A stretch of DNA of 64,000 bases, taken from contig NW_027191410.1 of the NCBI RefSeq assembly GCF_041146345.1, positions 124,001-188,000 of the forward strand, read 5' to 3'. Every line of letters begins with the position of its first letter. Position 1 is the first letter of the stretch. A program made the position numbers and the translations under genes. The DNA comes from Neodothiora populina. Its lineage: Eukaryota. Below, piece after piece: positions 12,575 to 26,251 of the stretch. The notes under the pieces were generated by a model. The model was not told the origin of the DNA. It saw nothing but the letters and a program-made list of their open reading frames with translations, and searched no databases.

Positions 12575-14051
12575 ATGTCTCTGACAAACGGGTCTCCCGA
12601 GGCCGCCGCACAAGCGGCCAAAACAGCCTCTCTCACGCTTCGGATTTTATCCGCAGACGCCAGAAACGCAGCGTTACAGGAAATTCACGATGCCCTTTTC
12701 GCTGCCAGAGATGATATCCTCGCAGCCAACGCACGCGATCTAGAGATCGCGACGACTTCGGCCGCTAATGGAGAGCTCAGCCAGAGCATTCTCAAAAGGC
12801 TGGATCTGTCGCGGGAGGGTAAGTATGAGGATATGCTCAAGGGTATATTGGATGTGAAGAACCTCGAGGATCCTGGTAAGTTTTATTTTCGGTCTATTAT
12901 GAGCAGCTCTTGTAATTTTGATATATATGAGCAACGACCATATTCTATTCACCACTGCACGTGACCACCAACTAACTTGAGCAGTTGGCAGAGTGGACAT
13001 GCGTACAGAACTCGATGATGGACTCGTGCTACAGCGACAAACATGCCCTATCGGTGTTCTGTTGATCATATTCGAGGCCCGTCCCGAGGTGATAGCAAAC
13101 ATCGCTTCGCTAGCCATCAAATCGGCCAACGCAGCAATTCTCAAAGGCGGCAAGGAGTCCACCGAGTCCTTCAAGGCTATATCTACAGTGATCGCCAAGG
13201 CGCTCGATCGTACGGATGTCCCAAATGACTCGATCCAACTCGTTACGACCAGAGATGCGGTCGATCCTCTGCTCCAACTCAGCCAGTACATTGATCTAGT
13301 GATCCCTCGCGGCTCCAACGAACTTGTCCGACACTGCCAGCGTATGGCGCATATGCCGGTATTAGGTCATGCGGATGGTTTATGTCATTTCTACATCCAT
13401 CCTGATGCCGATACTGAAATGGCTAGCAGTGTTATCGTCGACTCGAAGACGGATTATCCTGCAGCATGCAACTCTCTAGAGTCTCTGCTTGTCAATCAAG
13501 ATGCGTTGACTACGATTTTGCCGGGTGTTGCCACTGCTTTGTTAGCCAAGGGTGTATCACTAAGATGCGATGCAGAATCGAAAGCTGCATTGCAAGAGAA
13601 ACTCGACAAGCACCAGGCGGCTATGCTTCAGGACTCAGTCCCTTCCGACTATGATACTGAATTTCTGGACCTCATTCTGGCCATCAAGACCATGCCCCGC
13701 GGCTCAAAAAACACGGACGCCGTCGATTCGGCGATTGAACACATCAACACACATGGTTCACACCACACTGATGCAATCCTTACATGCTCGGAAGAAATTG
13801 CAACACGATTCCAGAACGGCGTCGATAGCGCCTGTAAGTTCTGGAATTGCAGCACGCGTATGTCCGACGGCATGCGATTCGGCTTCGGCACAGAGGTTGG
13901 TATAAGCACTAACAAAGTGCATGCCCGAGGTCCCGTCGGACTTGAAGGTCTCACAATTCACGAATACAGAGTCAAAGGATCTGGTCAAGGCGCCGCCATG
14001 TACGGTGGTGCAGGTGGTCGCCAGTGGAAGCACAAACGTTTGCCGCTCTAG
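12575..14051 (+). CDS. PRO2: Gamma-glutamyl phosphate reductase
   Basis: PIGVLLIIFEARP, NAAILKGGKE, IPRGSNELV, YPAACNS, GSHHTDAI and EVGISTNKVHARGPVGLEGL. One intron at about 12876-12983. Confidence 0.96.
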
Positions 14052-15041
14052 AAGACATCGTTAGAGGTGCAAAAATGAATGACCATGACCATGCTGTCGC
14101 CTATTTGACGCGTGTGTTGCCAAGATCAATACGCACGCCATAAGGTTTGTTTACCCTACATGTAATCAACCTGGTTGATAGACCGCAATGCAACGCGCCA
14201 TGTCGTGCAATCCACTCTTCTCTTCCGATAATTGTGACGCTGCGGCCTTTTGCATGGGGTAATGCGAAATGCGTACATGGTCCTTTATGACCTGTTTGAG
14301 GACATTCGCGCGGAGAATTCGGCGAATGTTCCAATTAGACGGCCATCTTCATGGTCTATTGTTAGAAAAAGCTGCCTTCGCCGGTCCATGGCATGATTGA
14401 AGTTGCATTGCATGATGCGACATGCAGGACTTGGCCAGATAGATCGTCGTTCAGCCGAACCTTCCATATCAGGAATCTATCACAGCACATCAGCCTCTGT
14501 CAACCTTGGCCCCCTCTTTTCTAATTCGAAACACCAGGCATGCACTCCATAAACACCTTCATTGGCGCATGCATGTCGATGCGCCTCGCATACAAACCAT
14601 ATTTTGATTGCTTGGCCGGCCAGTGATACAGGTCATTTACTGCCCCGGTCTCACAACGACTAATGCGCTTTCCTTTGTCCTCTGCTTTCACAATTTGATG
14701 TTGCGTGCAAGGAGTGCAGGTTTTGCAGGCTTTTGGTAGTCGTAACCTTCCTCCTGTGAAATCACACTCTTTACAGCACCACAGCAAGGTTTCAGTCATC
14801 CGCCGGTACACGCATGCCACCGTATCCTTGTCCGACACAATCGTAGTGATTGCCAGGACAGGCTGTGCATTCACGGTCCTTACATCTCGCATAAAGGCTT
14901 GCTTTATTTCCTTCGTATTACAAAGGGTGCATGCTCGTCTGAATTGTACAATTACTGGAGATCTCGCGTACATCAGCTGCTGTGTTCCGACAATTCTGCT
15001 TACCTTGCATTTTCTTTCCTTACCCTTCTAACTCGACCAAC

Positions 15042-16896
15042 ATGTTTCGCGGCCTGAAACACATTGCCATCTTTGTGTCTGGGGCGGCCGCACTCTGGCC
15101 AATACCCTCGACTTACTCCAATGGCAGCAAGGTTTTATGGATCGATAATGACGTGCAGATCTCTTATAATGGTGTTGTTCAGGTAGCTTCTTTTCAGTCG
15201 CAGCGCTCCACTTTGTTTCAGAATCTTAACACGCTTTTGCAACAGCTTACCGGGTATGATACCCAAGGACTGAATCTTTCATCAAGTTCGGCGACAATTA
15301 TCAAGACCGCGATTGAAACCACTACCAAGACACTCTTTGATGAGCAATTTGTACCATGGATGTTCCATCCGCGCTTCTCGGACTATGAGCCTTCGAGCGG
15401 CAATGCATCTAAAACGATCATCAAGTCTATCGCCCTTCGACAGAATGGATCTGATCCAGTGAATGTATTCAAGCCTTTAGACGGCAGCGTCGACGAGTCC
15501 TACACATTGAGTGTCTCTGATAATGGGACTGTGGTGATCGCTGGCTCTTCTTCTCTTGGTCTTGCCCACGGCTTGAAGACGTTCACTCAATTGTTCTACA
15601 AACACTCCGACGGGTCTATATATACCCCTCTTGCTCCCGTAGAAGTCCGGGATGCCCCCAAATTCGCTCATCGCGGCCTCAATATGGATGTGGCACGATC
15701 TTGGTATGAGCCCGAGGACATTAAGAAAATGATCGATGCCTTGTCCTACAACAAGTTCAACCGTCTGCACATCCACATTACTGATTCTCAATCATGGCCT
15801 TTGGAGATCCCCGCTCTTCCAGGTCTTGCCGAAAAAGGTGCTTTTGGAAAAGGCAAAACGTACAGCCCATCCACGTTGGCGTCGATCCAGGCGTATGGTT
15901 CAGCCCGTGGCGTTGAGACTGTCCTGGAGATTGACGCACCAGGTCACACAGCATCGATCGCCTACAGCTATCCTGAACTCATCTCTGCATTTAACATTTT
16001 GCCAGACTGGTCGACCTACGCAGCTGAGCCACCGACGGGGACACTCAAGCTCAACTCTTCAGCAGTGGGAAGTTTTGTTGATACTTTATTCGAAGATCTA
16101 CTTCCGCGCATTTCTCCTTACTCGGCATACTTCCATACTGGTGGTGACGAGGTCAACGCCAATGCCTATAATCTCGACGACACTGTGGGAACCAACGATA
16201 CGGCCGTGCTGCAGCCCTTGATCCAAGCCTACGTCGATCGCGCCCACAAGCATGTGCGGGCAGCTGGGTTGACTCCGATTGTCTGGGAAGAGATGTTGCT
16301 GATCTGGAATCTAACACTTGGCTCAGACGTAATTGTGCAGACCTGGCAGAGCGATGAAGCAGTTACCCAGACGGTCTCGCAGGGTCATAAAGCTCTGGCA
16401 GGCAACTACAATTATTGGGTAAGCTGAACACGCGTCAACAATGAGCATCTCACAATCAATAGTGCTGACGTGCCTATAGTATCTCGACTGTGGCAAGGGA
16501 CAGTGGCTGGACTTCTCCCCTGGCACTTCGTCGGAAAGCTATTACCCTTACGCCGATTACTGCGCACCTGTACATAACTGGCGCGTTATGTATGCGTACG
16601 ATCCTCTGGAAGGTGTACCCGCTAACCTCACTCATCTTGTCTTGGGTGGCGAGACACATATCTGGAGCGAACAAACCGATCCGGCCAACATTGATCGCAT
16701 GGTCTGGCCGCGCGCATGTGCAGCTGGCGAAGTTCTCTGGAGCGGTGCCAAGGATGCATCTGGCCAGAACCGGAGTCAGGTTACTGCAAGTCCTAGGCTT
16801 GCGGACATGAGGGAGAGATTGGTCAAGAAGGGAATCATGGCCGAGCCAGTGCACATGGTCTTCTGTACTATGAACGGCACACAGTGTGCTTTGTAG
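15042..16896 (+). CDS. Secreted GH20 beta-N-acetylhexosaminidase
   Basis: Signal peptide MFRGLKHIAIFVSGAAALWPIP, HRGLNMDVAR, catalytic HTGGDEV and WPRACAAGEVLWSG. Introns at about 15184-15246 (in frame) and about 16419-16480. Confidence 0.93.
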
Positions 16897-17184
16897 GCTT
16901 CTTGTGCTTAATTAAATGTTGCATATATATGGGATGTTGTGTGACAGGGCGGAGGAAGTATGGCTGGAACATCTGAACAAGGTATATGTGTAAGCCATCG
17001 GCAGTCTTACGACTATGCCACTATCTCCACGATAATAAATAAAACTCAAGTGCGGTCTACTGCACCCGAATGTAACCATTTATTGCGGTCTGATCGAGTG
17101 TCACATAATACGAGATTTGAACCAGACTGACAAGTGAGTCCTCTACAGGAAAGTACTTTGCACGTCAAACCCGGGGACCAGAGT

Positions 17185-17233
17185 GCGATAAGATAAGGCG
17201 TGGCAGAATGAGAAGGCTTGGCAGAAAAATGTT
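17185..17233 (+). promoter_or_regulatory. PAC-like (GCGATAAGATAAG) and RRPE-like (GAAAAATGTT) elements upstream of PUF6
   Basis: Both motifs lie 105-150 bp upstream of a ribosome-biogenesis gene and resemble yeast PAC (GCGATGAG) and RRPE (TGAAAAWTTT). Confidence 0.4.
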
Positions 17234-17337
17234 AGGGAACTCGATGCTGCCCCCAAAGTGCAAAACATTTCTGCTCAGAACAAGCCATTCTCGAATTTAT
17301 TTTATTTCTTCTACGCCAAAGCGAGAAATAAGTCAGT

Positions 17338-19621
17338 ATGGCCGGAATCAAGAGAAAAGAAGCCCCCAAGGCGGTCGCTGCCCAAGCATCGAGTTATCAG
17401 AAGAAGCAGAAATTGGCATCCGCGCCTAGCAAAAAATCCATCCCGGCGAAGAAAGCAAAAGCAGAGAGTTCCGACGACGATGACGACGACGACGAGGATA
17501 TGCTCGACGGACAGGACTTCGGTAGCGACGATGCATCTGACGACGACGACGCCTCCGATCCTGCGGACGCCGTGGCGAACAAGGGAAGCAAAGAGAGCAA
17601 GGGCAAGAGAGAGTTTGACAACTCTGGCTCAGACGGAGACAAGAAATTCAAGGGTATGTTATGTAAACAGTAGCTATCTCGGCGAGTATCATGAACTGAC
17701 GGAAAGTCGCAGTCCAAACTACTTCAGCAGAATCACACGCCGCTCAGCGTGCCTTAGCGAAGGAACGCAGAGCTGCCAAACCCAATGCCGATTCCATTGC
17801 ACGATCCAAGAAGATCTGGGAGAGACTCCGAAGGAAGTCGCATGTTCCTCTCGAAGAGCGCAAGGCGCTAGTCGCAGAACTTTTCGATATCATAACTGGA
17901 AGAGTGCGCGACTTTGTCTTCAAGCACGACAGTGTCCGAGTCATCCAATGCGCCTTGAAGTACGCCAACCAACAGCAGAGAAAGAGCATCGTGTCCGAGT
18001 TGAAGGCTGATGTTCGACCATTGGCGGAGAGCAAGTATGGAAAATTCATGGTTGCCAAAATGGTTGTGGAAGGGTACGTTTCTCGATTTTGCCATCATCG
18101 AATTTTGCGTATGAATGGTACGCTAACCGCTCCTTCCTAATTCACAGTGATTCCGAGATTCGCAACATGATCATTCCTGAATTCTACGGCCATGTCCGTC
18201 GCCTGATCAACCACCCAGAGGCCGCCTGGATCGTCGACGACATCTACCGTCAAGTCGCTACTGCTCAACAGAAGGCTCTCATGCTGAGGGAATGGTACGG
18301 CGCCGAATACGCCTTGTTCGGCAAGACCAAGGCGGCAGACGTCTCGGCCGACGACAAAGTCACTGCCGATCTGAAACAGATCCTCGAGGAAAGCCCGGAG
18401 AAGAAGAAGACCATCATGCAGTACTTGCATCAAATCATCAACCAGCTCGTCCAAAAGAAGATGACCGGTTTCACCATGCTGCACGACGCTATGCTACAGT
18501 ACTTCCTCAACACCACACCCACATCTTCCGAAGCCAACGAGTTCTTGGAGCTGCTCAAGTCTGATCTCGACGAAGAGAACGGCGGCGACTTGCTCAAGAA
18601 CTTGGCCTTCACCAAGAGCGGAAGCAAAGTTGTGTCGCTCGCCCTCGCCTACGGAACTGCCAAGGACCGCAAGCTTATTCTGCGTGTGTACAAAGACACA
18701 GTCGAGCCGATGGCCTTTGACGCAAACGCACACATGGTCCTCCTCGCAGCCATGGATGTCATCGACGACACCAAGATGACTGCCAAGATGCTCTTCCCGG
18801 AGCTCATGGGAGAGAACATTAAGGACGAAGCCGAACGAGAGGACAGACTGCTCGGCTTGATCACACATCTTACCGCGCGTATCCCCATCCTCTACTCTCT
18901 GGCGGGACAAGCTAAATGGCTTCTCAGCGAGCCCGAGAAAGCTTTCCTCGCCGAGATCCACGCAGTGCGAGAAACGACATCCAAGAAAAGCTCCGAAGTC
19001 CGCCGTAAGGAACTCGTCCAGTACATCTCTCCCTACCTTATCCCCGTTGTTGAGCACCAAGCTGCTTTACTAGTGAGTAACAGCTTCGGATGTCAGTTCA
19101 TCACCGAAGTCCTCTTAGAGTGCGAAGGCGACAAATCCGCCGCTTCGACCGCAGTCGCCGAGATCGCCGGAGGCGACATTTCATCATCAGAAGAGCACAT
19201 CGCCCACAACGCCGCAGCAGGCAAAATGTTCCGCGCACTGGTCAGCGGCGGCAAGTTCGACTTCGACACTAAGAAGGTCGTGCTGGCATCACCACGTCTT
19301 GGCTTCGGCGCTCTGTTGCTCAAGCAGATCAAGGGATCCATCGTTTCATGGGCCACCAGTCCCTCGAGTTTCGTCGTCGTGTCGCTACTTGAGAGCGAGG
19401 ATGTTGACGAGGCCAGCAAGAAGATCGTCGAAGACGAATTGCAAAAGGGCAAGAAGGCGCTGGAGAAGTCTGCTGGCCCAGAACAACAATCAACGACGAC
19501 GAAAGACGCAAACAACAACAACAAGAAAAAGACGAAGAAGTCGTTGGCCGCAGCAGCAGAGGGAGGCGCGGCGCCGGCGAGAGGTAATGCTGGAGCAAGG
19601 ATCCTGCTTGGAAAACTCTGA
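17338..19621 (+). CDS. PUF6: Pumilio-family nucleolar RNA-binding protein Puf6
   Basis: Basic and acidic N-terminus, KKIWERLRRKSHVP, FVFKHDSVRVIQCALKY and C-terminal GNAGARILL. Two introns at about 17654-17712 and 18074-18147. Confidence 0.92.
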
Positions 19622-20123
19622 GAGGATATCTTGATACTCTTTTAGCTCTATGTGACGATGTCACAATTTATTCTTGCATTATCTTGTACTATGTGTAAGA
19701 CAGACATGTTATACATCTACTTTGTTTTCCTTGCCCGTCTGAGCTCTACCGTATTAAAGCGTAGTGATTGGATTGCTATCTTGCGGACAATGACAATACT
19801 TGGAAAGACGTCCTGGTTTTGAATGCCACACATCCGTTGTGTGAGCAGACTTATTTATCTTGACCGAGGATAATACAACAACTTTTGTACTTTATGTTCT
19901 TTGGGAGTATCTTATACATCAAGCCTAACGAGGTCCAGCACGCAGGCGGACGAACCGCTTATGGACAGTTAGATACTAATTGTTGATGTATTGTATCTTT
20001 TCGTTTCTATGTGCCATGCTTAGAGTGTATCCAATCATATAAAGCATTTCGTTATCAATACATGATATCGGATAACTCCAATCACATTTTCCATTGCTGC
20101 GCTCAATCTTTTGCGGAGCACAC

Positions 20124-21128
20124 TTAGTTGAACACAACAGTCTTAGTGCCATTGAGAATAACCTTTCTCTCGGCATACCACTTCACTGCAGCTGCGAGGA
20201 CTTGGCTCTCAACGTTGCTTCCCTCCTCGACTAATTCCTTGGGGCTCATGCCGTGGTCCACACGAGCGACTCTCTGCTCAATGATAGGGCCCTCGTCCAG
20301 ATCAGCAGTGACGAAATGAGCAGTGGCGCCGATGATCTTGACACCGCGCTCGTACGCCTGATGGTAAGGCTTGGCGCCCTTGAAGGACGGCAAGAAACTG
20401 TGATGGATGTTGATGATCTTTCCAGACATGGCTGCGCACAGTCCGGGAGTAAGGACTTGCATGTAACGAGCGAGGACGATCAGGTCAATGTTGTGCTCCT
20501 TGACAAGATCCAGGATCTGCTTCTCCTGCTCGAGCTTCGTGTCCTTGTTCACTGGTAGATGGTAGAAGGGGATCTTGTAAGACTCGGCTAGAGGCTTGAA
20601 GTCAGGGTGGTTCGACACAATCAGAGGAACCTCAATCGGCAATTGCGAAGTTGACTGTCTGAAAAGCAGGTCGTTGAGACAGTGGCCAATCTTCGAGACC
20701 ATGATGAGGACTCGAGGCTTTTGGGCAACAGGTCGTAGGTCGAGATCCATTTTCATCTCCTGGGCCAATTCGTCGAATGGAGCCTGAAGGTCCTTGGAGG
20801 CAGAAGCCGCAGCATCATTGCCACCAAAGTGCACTCGCATGAAGAATCTCTCAGAGGTCGGGTCACTGAATTGCTGCGAATCCAGAATGTTCATGTCATT
20901 CTTAGCAAGCAGACCAGTGACGGCATGAACAATACCAGGTCTGTCGGGACAAGACAGCGTCAAGATGTGATCGTTTCCTTTGCGCGTAGAGTATGCCATT
21001 TTAAATAATTTCTGTTGTCCGAATATCGAAGCGGCAAAATTTTCCCCAGGTATACGGCAAGATAACTGTACTGACGGCCTCGATAGTCCACTTATGATTG
21101 GCCTGAAAGCTCTCGAGAATGAAGCCAT
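20124..21128 (-). CDS. purU: Formyltetrahydrofolate deformylase
   Basis: ACT domain LSCPDRPGIV, VSKIGHCLNDLL, LARYMQVL, INIHHSFLPSFKGAKPYHQA and LDEGPIIEQ. Intronless, with a second in-frame ATG at 20999. Confidence 0.95.
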   Translation of the reverse strand: MASFSRAFRPIISGLSRPSVQLSCRIPGENFAASIFGQQKLFKMAYSTRKGNDHILTLSCPDRPGIVHAVTGLLAKNDMNILDSQQFSDPTSERFFMRVHFGGNDAAASASKDLQAPFDELAQEMKMDLDLRPVAQKPRVLIMVSKIGHCLNDLLFRQSTSQLPIEVPLIVSNHPDFKPLAESYKIPFYHLPVNKDTKLEQEKQILDLVKEHNIDLIVLARYMQVLTPGLCAAMSGKIINIHHSFLPSFKGAKPYHQAYERGVKIIGATAHFVTADLDEGPIIEQRVARVDHGMSPKELVEEGSNVESQVLAAAVKWYAERKVILNGTKTVVFN

Positions 21129-22103
21129 CAATTCAATTGAGCTCTAGCACTTGATTACACACTGCTAATAAACTCTCAATTGGCATCCATTCGATTTTGT
21201 GACTCCTTGAGATGGGTTAGTGAACCAACCGATGTCGGAGCGGATGAACATGTCGCCGGGGCATTTATGGTGCCAAGACCTATATTGCATGGTCTCATCG
21301 AACAACTCAGACAACGGATAGCAATGTAGCCCTCTTAGAGACGTGCCATGTACGAGTGGTATAGCTATACAGCGATGTATGTTTGCAGTAAGATAAGGTA
21401 TTTACTGAAGATGGTCACTTCTGGAGTGTCATGCAACCGATTGCAGACCTGAAACTATTGTGAAAGCGACGATTGATCCCGTTCACGTCTTCCCACTATT
21501 ACCACTATGGTGCGTCCTCTTTGATCGACATGCATTCCATCACTAAAAATACACATTCCATACACTCTTGTGCAAGGCTGTCAAGGTAACCAAAGGAATG
21601 CAATGTGGAAACTATTGCATGTTCTCGGCATAGTAACTTGTTGTCACTTAGTAGATTTTTTGTGGTCCTCAAGTATAGCCCCATCTCAGTATCATGTTTC
21701 CTTTTACTTTCAACGCCAACGTGTCTTACACTCACTTTCCTGCATTGAATCACTCCTTACAAGCACACTTCATTATCGTGTTTGTGCTGGCTTTGTCTTG
21801 CAGCCCTTCGTCTGCTTTTCTACTTCGCTGTGTGCTATGTGTCGAGCTTCACGTGGAGCATTTCACTAAGGTTGCTGCTCCTGCCTAACGTAGCCACCGC
21901 TTCACTTGACACACCCTCAGCACGTGTGAATCTCGTGTGGAAGATCAATCATCCGACCTTCATCTACCAAGACTCTACCTTTCATTACACCCTGACGAAG
22001 ACCTACTTATATATACGCTTATCTCCAATCGTAAGAATAATCTTGTCTGATGACAAGAAAAGAAGTCATGTAGCGGCTAACGAGGATCTATAGAGTCGTC
22101 AAG

Positions 22104-23994
22104 ATGGGCAATCTTCAATCCTCCAACTTGACTACCAATTACGTGCCACTTGTAGCTTACAATGGCACGAAAGCTCCAGGAGGCGATTCTCTCCGTCAAG
22201 ACCCGAACATATACTACGAAGTCAGTTCAGATCACCCCTCAAATTGAAGATGGTTCTAACGATTGTCGAACAGACTGGCGACATCTCCTGGATCATCACT
22301 TCTACAGCTCTTGTGCTGCTAATGATTCCTGGTGTCGGGTGAGTGGCTGGCTCTTGTCTACCATCTAACAACATGACTAAGACTTCGTGTGACTAGCCTT
22401 TTCTACTCAGGTCTTGTACGCCGCAAGTCGGCTCTGTCTCTCCTCTGGCTTTCTCTCAAGGCGACAGCGGTCGTCAGCTTCCAATGGTTCTTCTGGGGTT
22501 ACTCACTGGCCTTTTCTCACTCCGCTGGCAAGTACATCGGCAATCTCGACAACATAGGATTCAGAAACGTACTTGCCCAGCCCAGTGTCGGATCCGCTCG
22601 TGTCCCTGACCTTTTGTACGCTGTCTACCAGGGTATGTTTGCATCAATCACTGTAGCAATCGCCACTGGCGCAGTGGCAGAAAGAGGCCGCATGTTGCCA
22701 TGTGTGGTCTTCATGTTCATCTGGACTACGGTCATATATGACCCCATCGCATGCTGGACATGGAACCCCTCAGGGTGGGTGTATCAATTCGGCGGGCTTG
22801 ACTTCGCGGGAGGCACACCAGTCCACATAGCATCTGGCTGCGCGGCCCTTGCTTACTCCCTCATGCTCGGGCCCAGAAGAAGCAGCGACAGCCATCATGA
22901 CCTTGACTATCGCCCACAGAATATAACACATATCGTGATCGGTACAGTGTTCCTGTGGGTCGGCTGGTTTGGGTTCAATGCAGGCAGCGCGCTGAGTGCG
23001 AATCTCCGGGCCGTCATGGCGGCAGTGGTAACCAACATTGCAGCATGCGTCGGAGGAATCACATGGTGTCTGGTCGATTATACATTCAAAGCCAGAATGG
23101 ATTCACAAGCTCGTTGGTCTGCTGTGGGCTTCTGTTCAGGAGTTGTGGCAGGACTGGTGGCCATTACACCAGGCTCTGGTTATGTGACGCCTTGGGCTGC
23201 CATCATCTATGGTGTAGTTGCTGGCATTGGCTGTAACTTTGCCACGAAACTGAAATACTTGTTGGGTGTTGACGATTCGCTGGACATCTTTGCAGTACAT
23301 GGAATTGGTGGATTCATCGGCAACATCTGCACTGCCCTCTTCGCAGTGTAAGTATAGAGAGCCTATTTGGACATGTGATACTCCAGTGCTAATTGATGCC
23401 AACAGAGATTACATTGCGCACTTGGATGGCGTAACTGTCATAGATGGTGGCTTTCTGAACCATAATTGGAAACAGCTATATATTCAGCTTGCCGACTCGG
23501 TGGCTGGAGGATCGTATTCATTCTTCGGCACACTCATCATTCTTTTCGTCATGAACAAGCTCGGGCAGTTGTGGAAGCCACTGAGTCTTCGCATTCGCAT
23601 TGAGCCTGGAAGAGAAGAAGAGGGCATTGATGCTGCTGAATTTGGCGAGTTCACCGTAAGTCTTACACCGAAGTGTCCTCAAGACTGACAGAATGCTGAT
23701 GCTCGAATACAGCATGACTACGTCGAACTACTCCTCGAACTCCCCACCAAGGAGATTGAAAAAGACGAGGATGAAGAAGCGGCTATCCGTCAGAACTCGG
23801 CCACTCGATTCGGCGAAAATGCGGAGATCGGGAAGGCAATGCCAATGCCTATGCAGGAATACCCCCTACACCAGCAGGCTCGTTTCATTCCTCAGCAGCC
23901 GCAGATGCAGATGCAATCGCAAGTGCAACCGCTTGGTGCGCATCCTCCTATCACAGACAACACTGCTGCCGCAACGCCTGCAGGTTATGTGTAG
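22104..23994 (+). CDS. Ammonium transporter (Amt/Mep family)
   Basis: LVLLMIPGVG, FYSGLVRRKSALS, DFAGGTPVHI, WVGWFGFNAGS and AVHGIGG (twin-His). Five exons; the last encodes HDYVEL...AGYV*. Confidence 0.95.
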
Positions 23995-24715
23995 GAAACG
24001 ACGAATCCATTCGAGACGAGTGGTGCGAAGCTAGTAGATCTGCGTGGATAAGCAGAGTCGGCATGGAAGACCTAATCATGTCAGGCAGAGAGACTTAATG
24101 TCTTTTCTCTTATTTCAATCGAGGTGCGACGCTAAATCCGATACATGGTGAGATGCAAGGCGCGGCGTTCCTGTCAGTCGGGGCGTTCTTATTCTACGGG
24201 GTTTCCTATTCTGTATCATTAGTAGTTTAAACAGTTCATCGAGAGTGCAGAGAGTGATCTTGTTGTTTCTGCGTATATGAACCGTTCTTTCAATCACGAC
24301 ATCTGCACTTGAGTAAGTGTTTCCCGAACCTCCCACCTAGTTTTCCAGCTAGTGTGGTGGAGATTACTCTCTGATGCAAGGTGCAGTATTGGAAGATTGT
24401 ATGGCACACCAAAAGAGACGGGGAACAAGATCTATTGTGTTCGGCACCGTTGACGTGATCGTAATACATGAATTAATATCAAGCGTCCGATGGACAGCTT
24501 GATCTGTTTAGAGGTTATGTTTTTCATGGCTGTGTGCTCATCATTGCAGGCTGGCAGGCTGGTCGGGGGGTGTTGATATGCCGTCGGTACACTATAATTG
24601 TACACCTTGCCGAAGCCCACATCTTTCTAAGAAGAAATGCGGACAGCACAGCGACAATGCAGGCTGTTCATGACACCCAATAGTTTTGTCTAGAGTATTG
24701 TGCCGCAAAACAATA

Positions 24716-26251
24716 CTATTCTTCTTCTAGTTCTTCGTCTTCTTCTTCCTCTTCGGACCCCGGTTCACAGCCGGACTCGACGTCTGATTCTTGCTCGTCC
24801 GGCCGGTCCCACTCGTTCGACTCGCTTAGTCCCGCTCTGCTGTCAACAATGTCATCATCTTCCATCGGCATTGGATCGACCAGGCTCATCTTGCGCTGCA
24901 TGGGTCCAAGGTCTTGCTCGTCGACGAACACCACGCTTTTTCTTGAATAAGACGAGCCAGGTCGACTGTTCGAAGAGCTGCTTCTGCTCCTGCTTCTGTG
25001 TCTCTTCTGGTGGATTTCTTCGAGCACGTCTCCGTTCCAGGGTTTGCACTGTTTAACCACTTCTCCGCATCTCGCGCAGGTCCAGCCTTCGCCGCCCTCG
25101 GCTTCTATGCGCTGTGCCAAACAGACGAAGCAATAGACGCATCCGCAGGGTATGGCTTCGTATGGGTTGGCAATGTCGGTTTGTGCACTACCGATGACTC
25201 CTCCGCCGATTGCACCGCCTGCAGACTGAGCCATGACATCTGCTTCTGATCCTCCGGCGACTGTGTTCTGGTCTCTGTAGCAGATGGCACATGTTCTTTC
25301 TGGTAGGAAACCCAGTTCTCCGCCAGCCGTGTCATCTTCGCCGTCGGCTTTCCTGCTCAAAGTGGACTTGACCTTTCTCCATGCTCTCCCTAGCCAACGT
25401 CTCCATCTGGCAATGCCTACCAGCGGCAATAGAAACAACAGGAACTCGGTGAAAGCATGCCATACGAGTTGTCTGTTGAGGTACTCGAAGCTGACTTCTC
25501 TACTCGTGCGCGCGGATTTCGGGGTTAATCTCATCTGCAGAAGCCTGTCGACCAGAGTCCTGTACTTCCCATTGTATAGAAAGACCAAGAAGCTCACAAG
25601 TCCTGCAGCTTCGTGTGTCGTGTTGGCCCAACTCGTGAGGCGGCTGACTTGCTTCACAAACGGCGTTGACTCATCATAGCCGCTCTCTCTATCGAGTAGC
25701 CAATCTTCCAGCCGCTGCCAACTATAACGTCCGCCCACGGTGATCACACCATATGCTGCTCGCTGCCATTTCGTAGCCTCCGAGTCCCCCGCTATGCTGT
25801 GGAGATGCTCCCGCCTCGCATCAACATAATGTAGCCCTTGTAGTGAGGCGCCGTAACTTGTCGCCCGGTCCCATATACTCAATTTCCAGATGACAGCGCG
25901 CAACACGGCACCGATCTCCGTGGACCAATCATCGGATAAGTGACCGCCAAAGTACTTGAGCGCATCGGACACTTGTCCCCGTAATAGTGAGAGGAGCTCC
26001 TCGTCGAGTAACTCTGCGTCCACCTGGCCTACGCGGAAGTGAGGAGAAGGCGCATTCGACGCAGAGGCGGTAATATTCTGATATGCAGCGATAGATGACG
26101 TGGCTACCCTGCGCAGACTCGGCGGTAGTCGTTGAAGAGCAGGTGGTAAGATTGGCGCAGAGGATGGGAGAGCCGGGGGTCGTCTCGAAGCCGAGGCAAC
26201 GCGGCGGGCGAGGATCCGCGATTGAGCAGCTGCGAAATCTGCCGTGGACAT
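24716..26251 (-). CDS. PEX2: Peroxisomal RING-finger peroxin Pex2
   Basis: RVGQVDAELLDEEL, REVSFEYLNRQLVWHAFTEFL, a split RING (CAIC...PCGCVYCFVC...CARC) and an acidic tail. Confidence 0.95.
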   Translation of the reverse strand: MSTADFAAAQSRILARRVASASRRPPALPSSAPILPPALQRLPPSLRRVATSSIAAYQNITASASNAPSPHFRVGQVDAELLDEELLSLLRGQVSDALKYFGGHLSDDWSTEIGAVLRAVIWKLSIWDRATSYGASLQGLHYVDARREHLHSIAGDSEATKWQRAAYGVITVGGRYSWQRLEDWLLDRESGYDESTPFVKQVSRLTSWANTTHEAAGLVSFLVFLYNGKYRTLVDRLLQMRLTPKSARTSREVSFEYLNRQLVWHAFTEFLLFLLPLVGIARWRRWLGRAWRKVKSTLSRKADGEDDTAGGELGFLPERTCAICYRDQNTVAGGSEADVMAQSAGGAIGGGVIGSAQTDIANPYEAIPCGCVYCFVCLAQRIEAEGGEGWTCARCGEVVKQCKPWNGDVLEEIHQKRHRSRSRSSSSNSRPGSSYSRKSVVFVDEQDLGPMQRKMSLVDPMPMEDDDIVDSRAGLSESNEWDRPDEQESDVESGCEPGSEEEEEDEELEEE

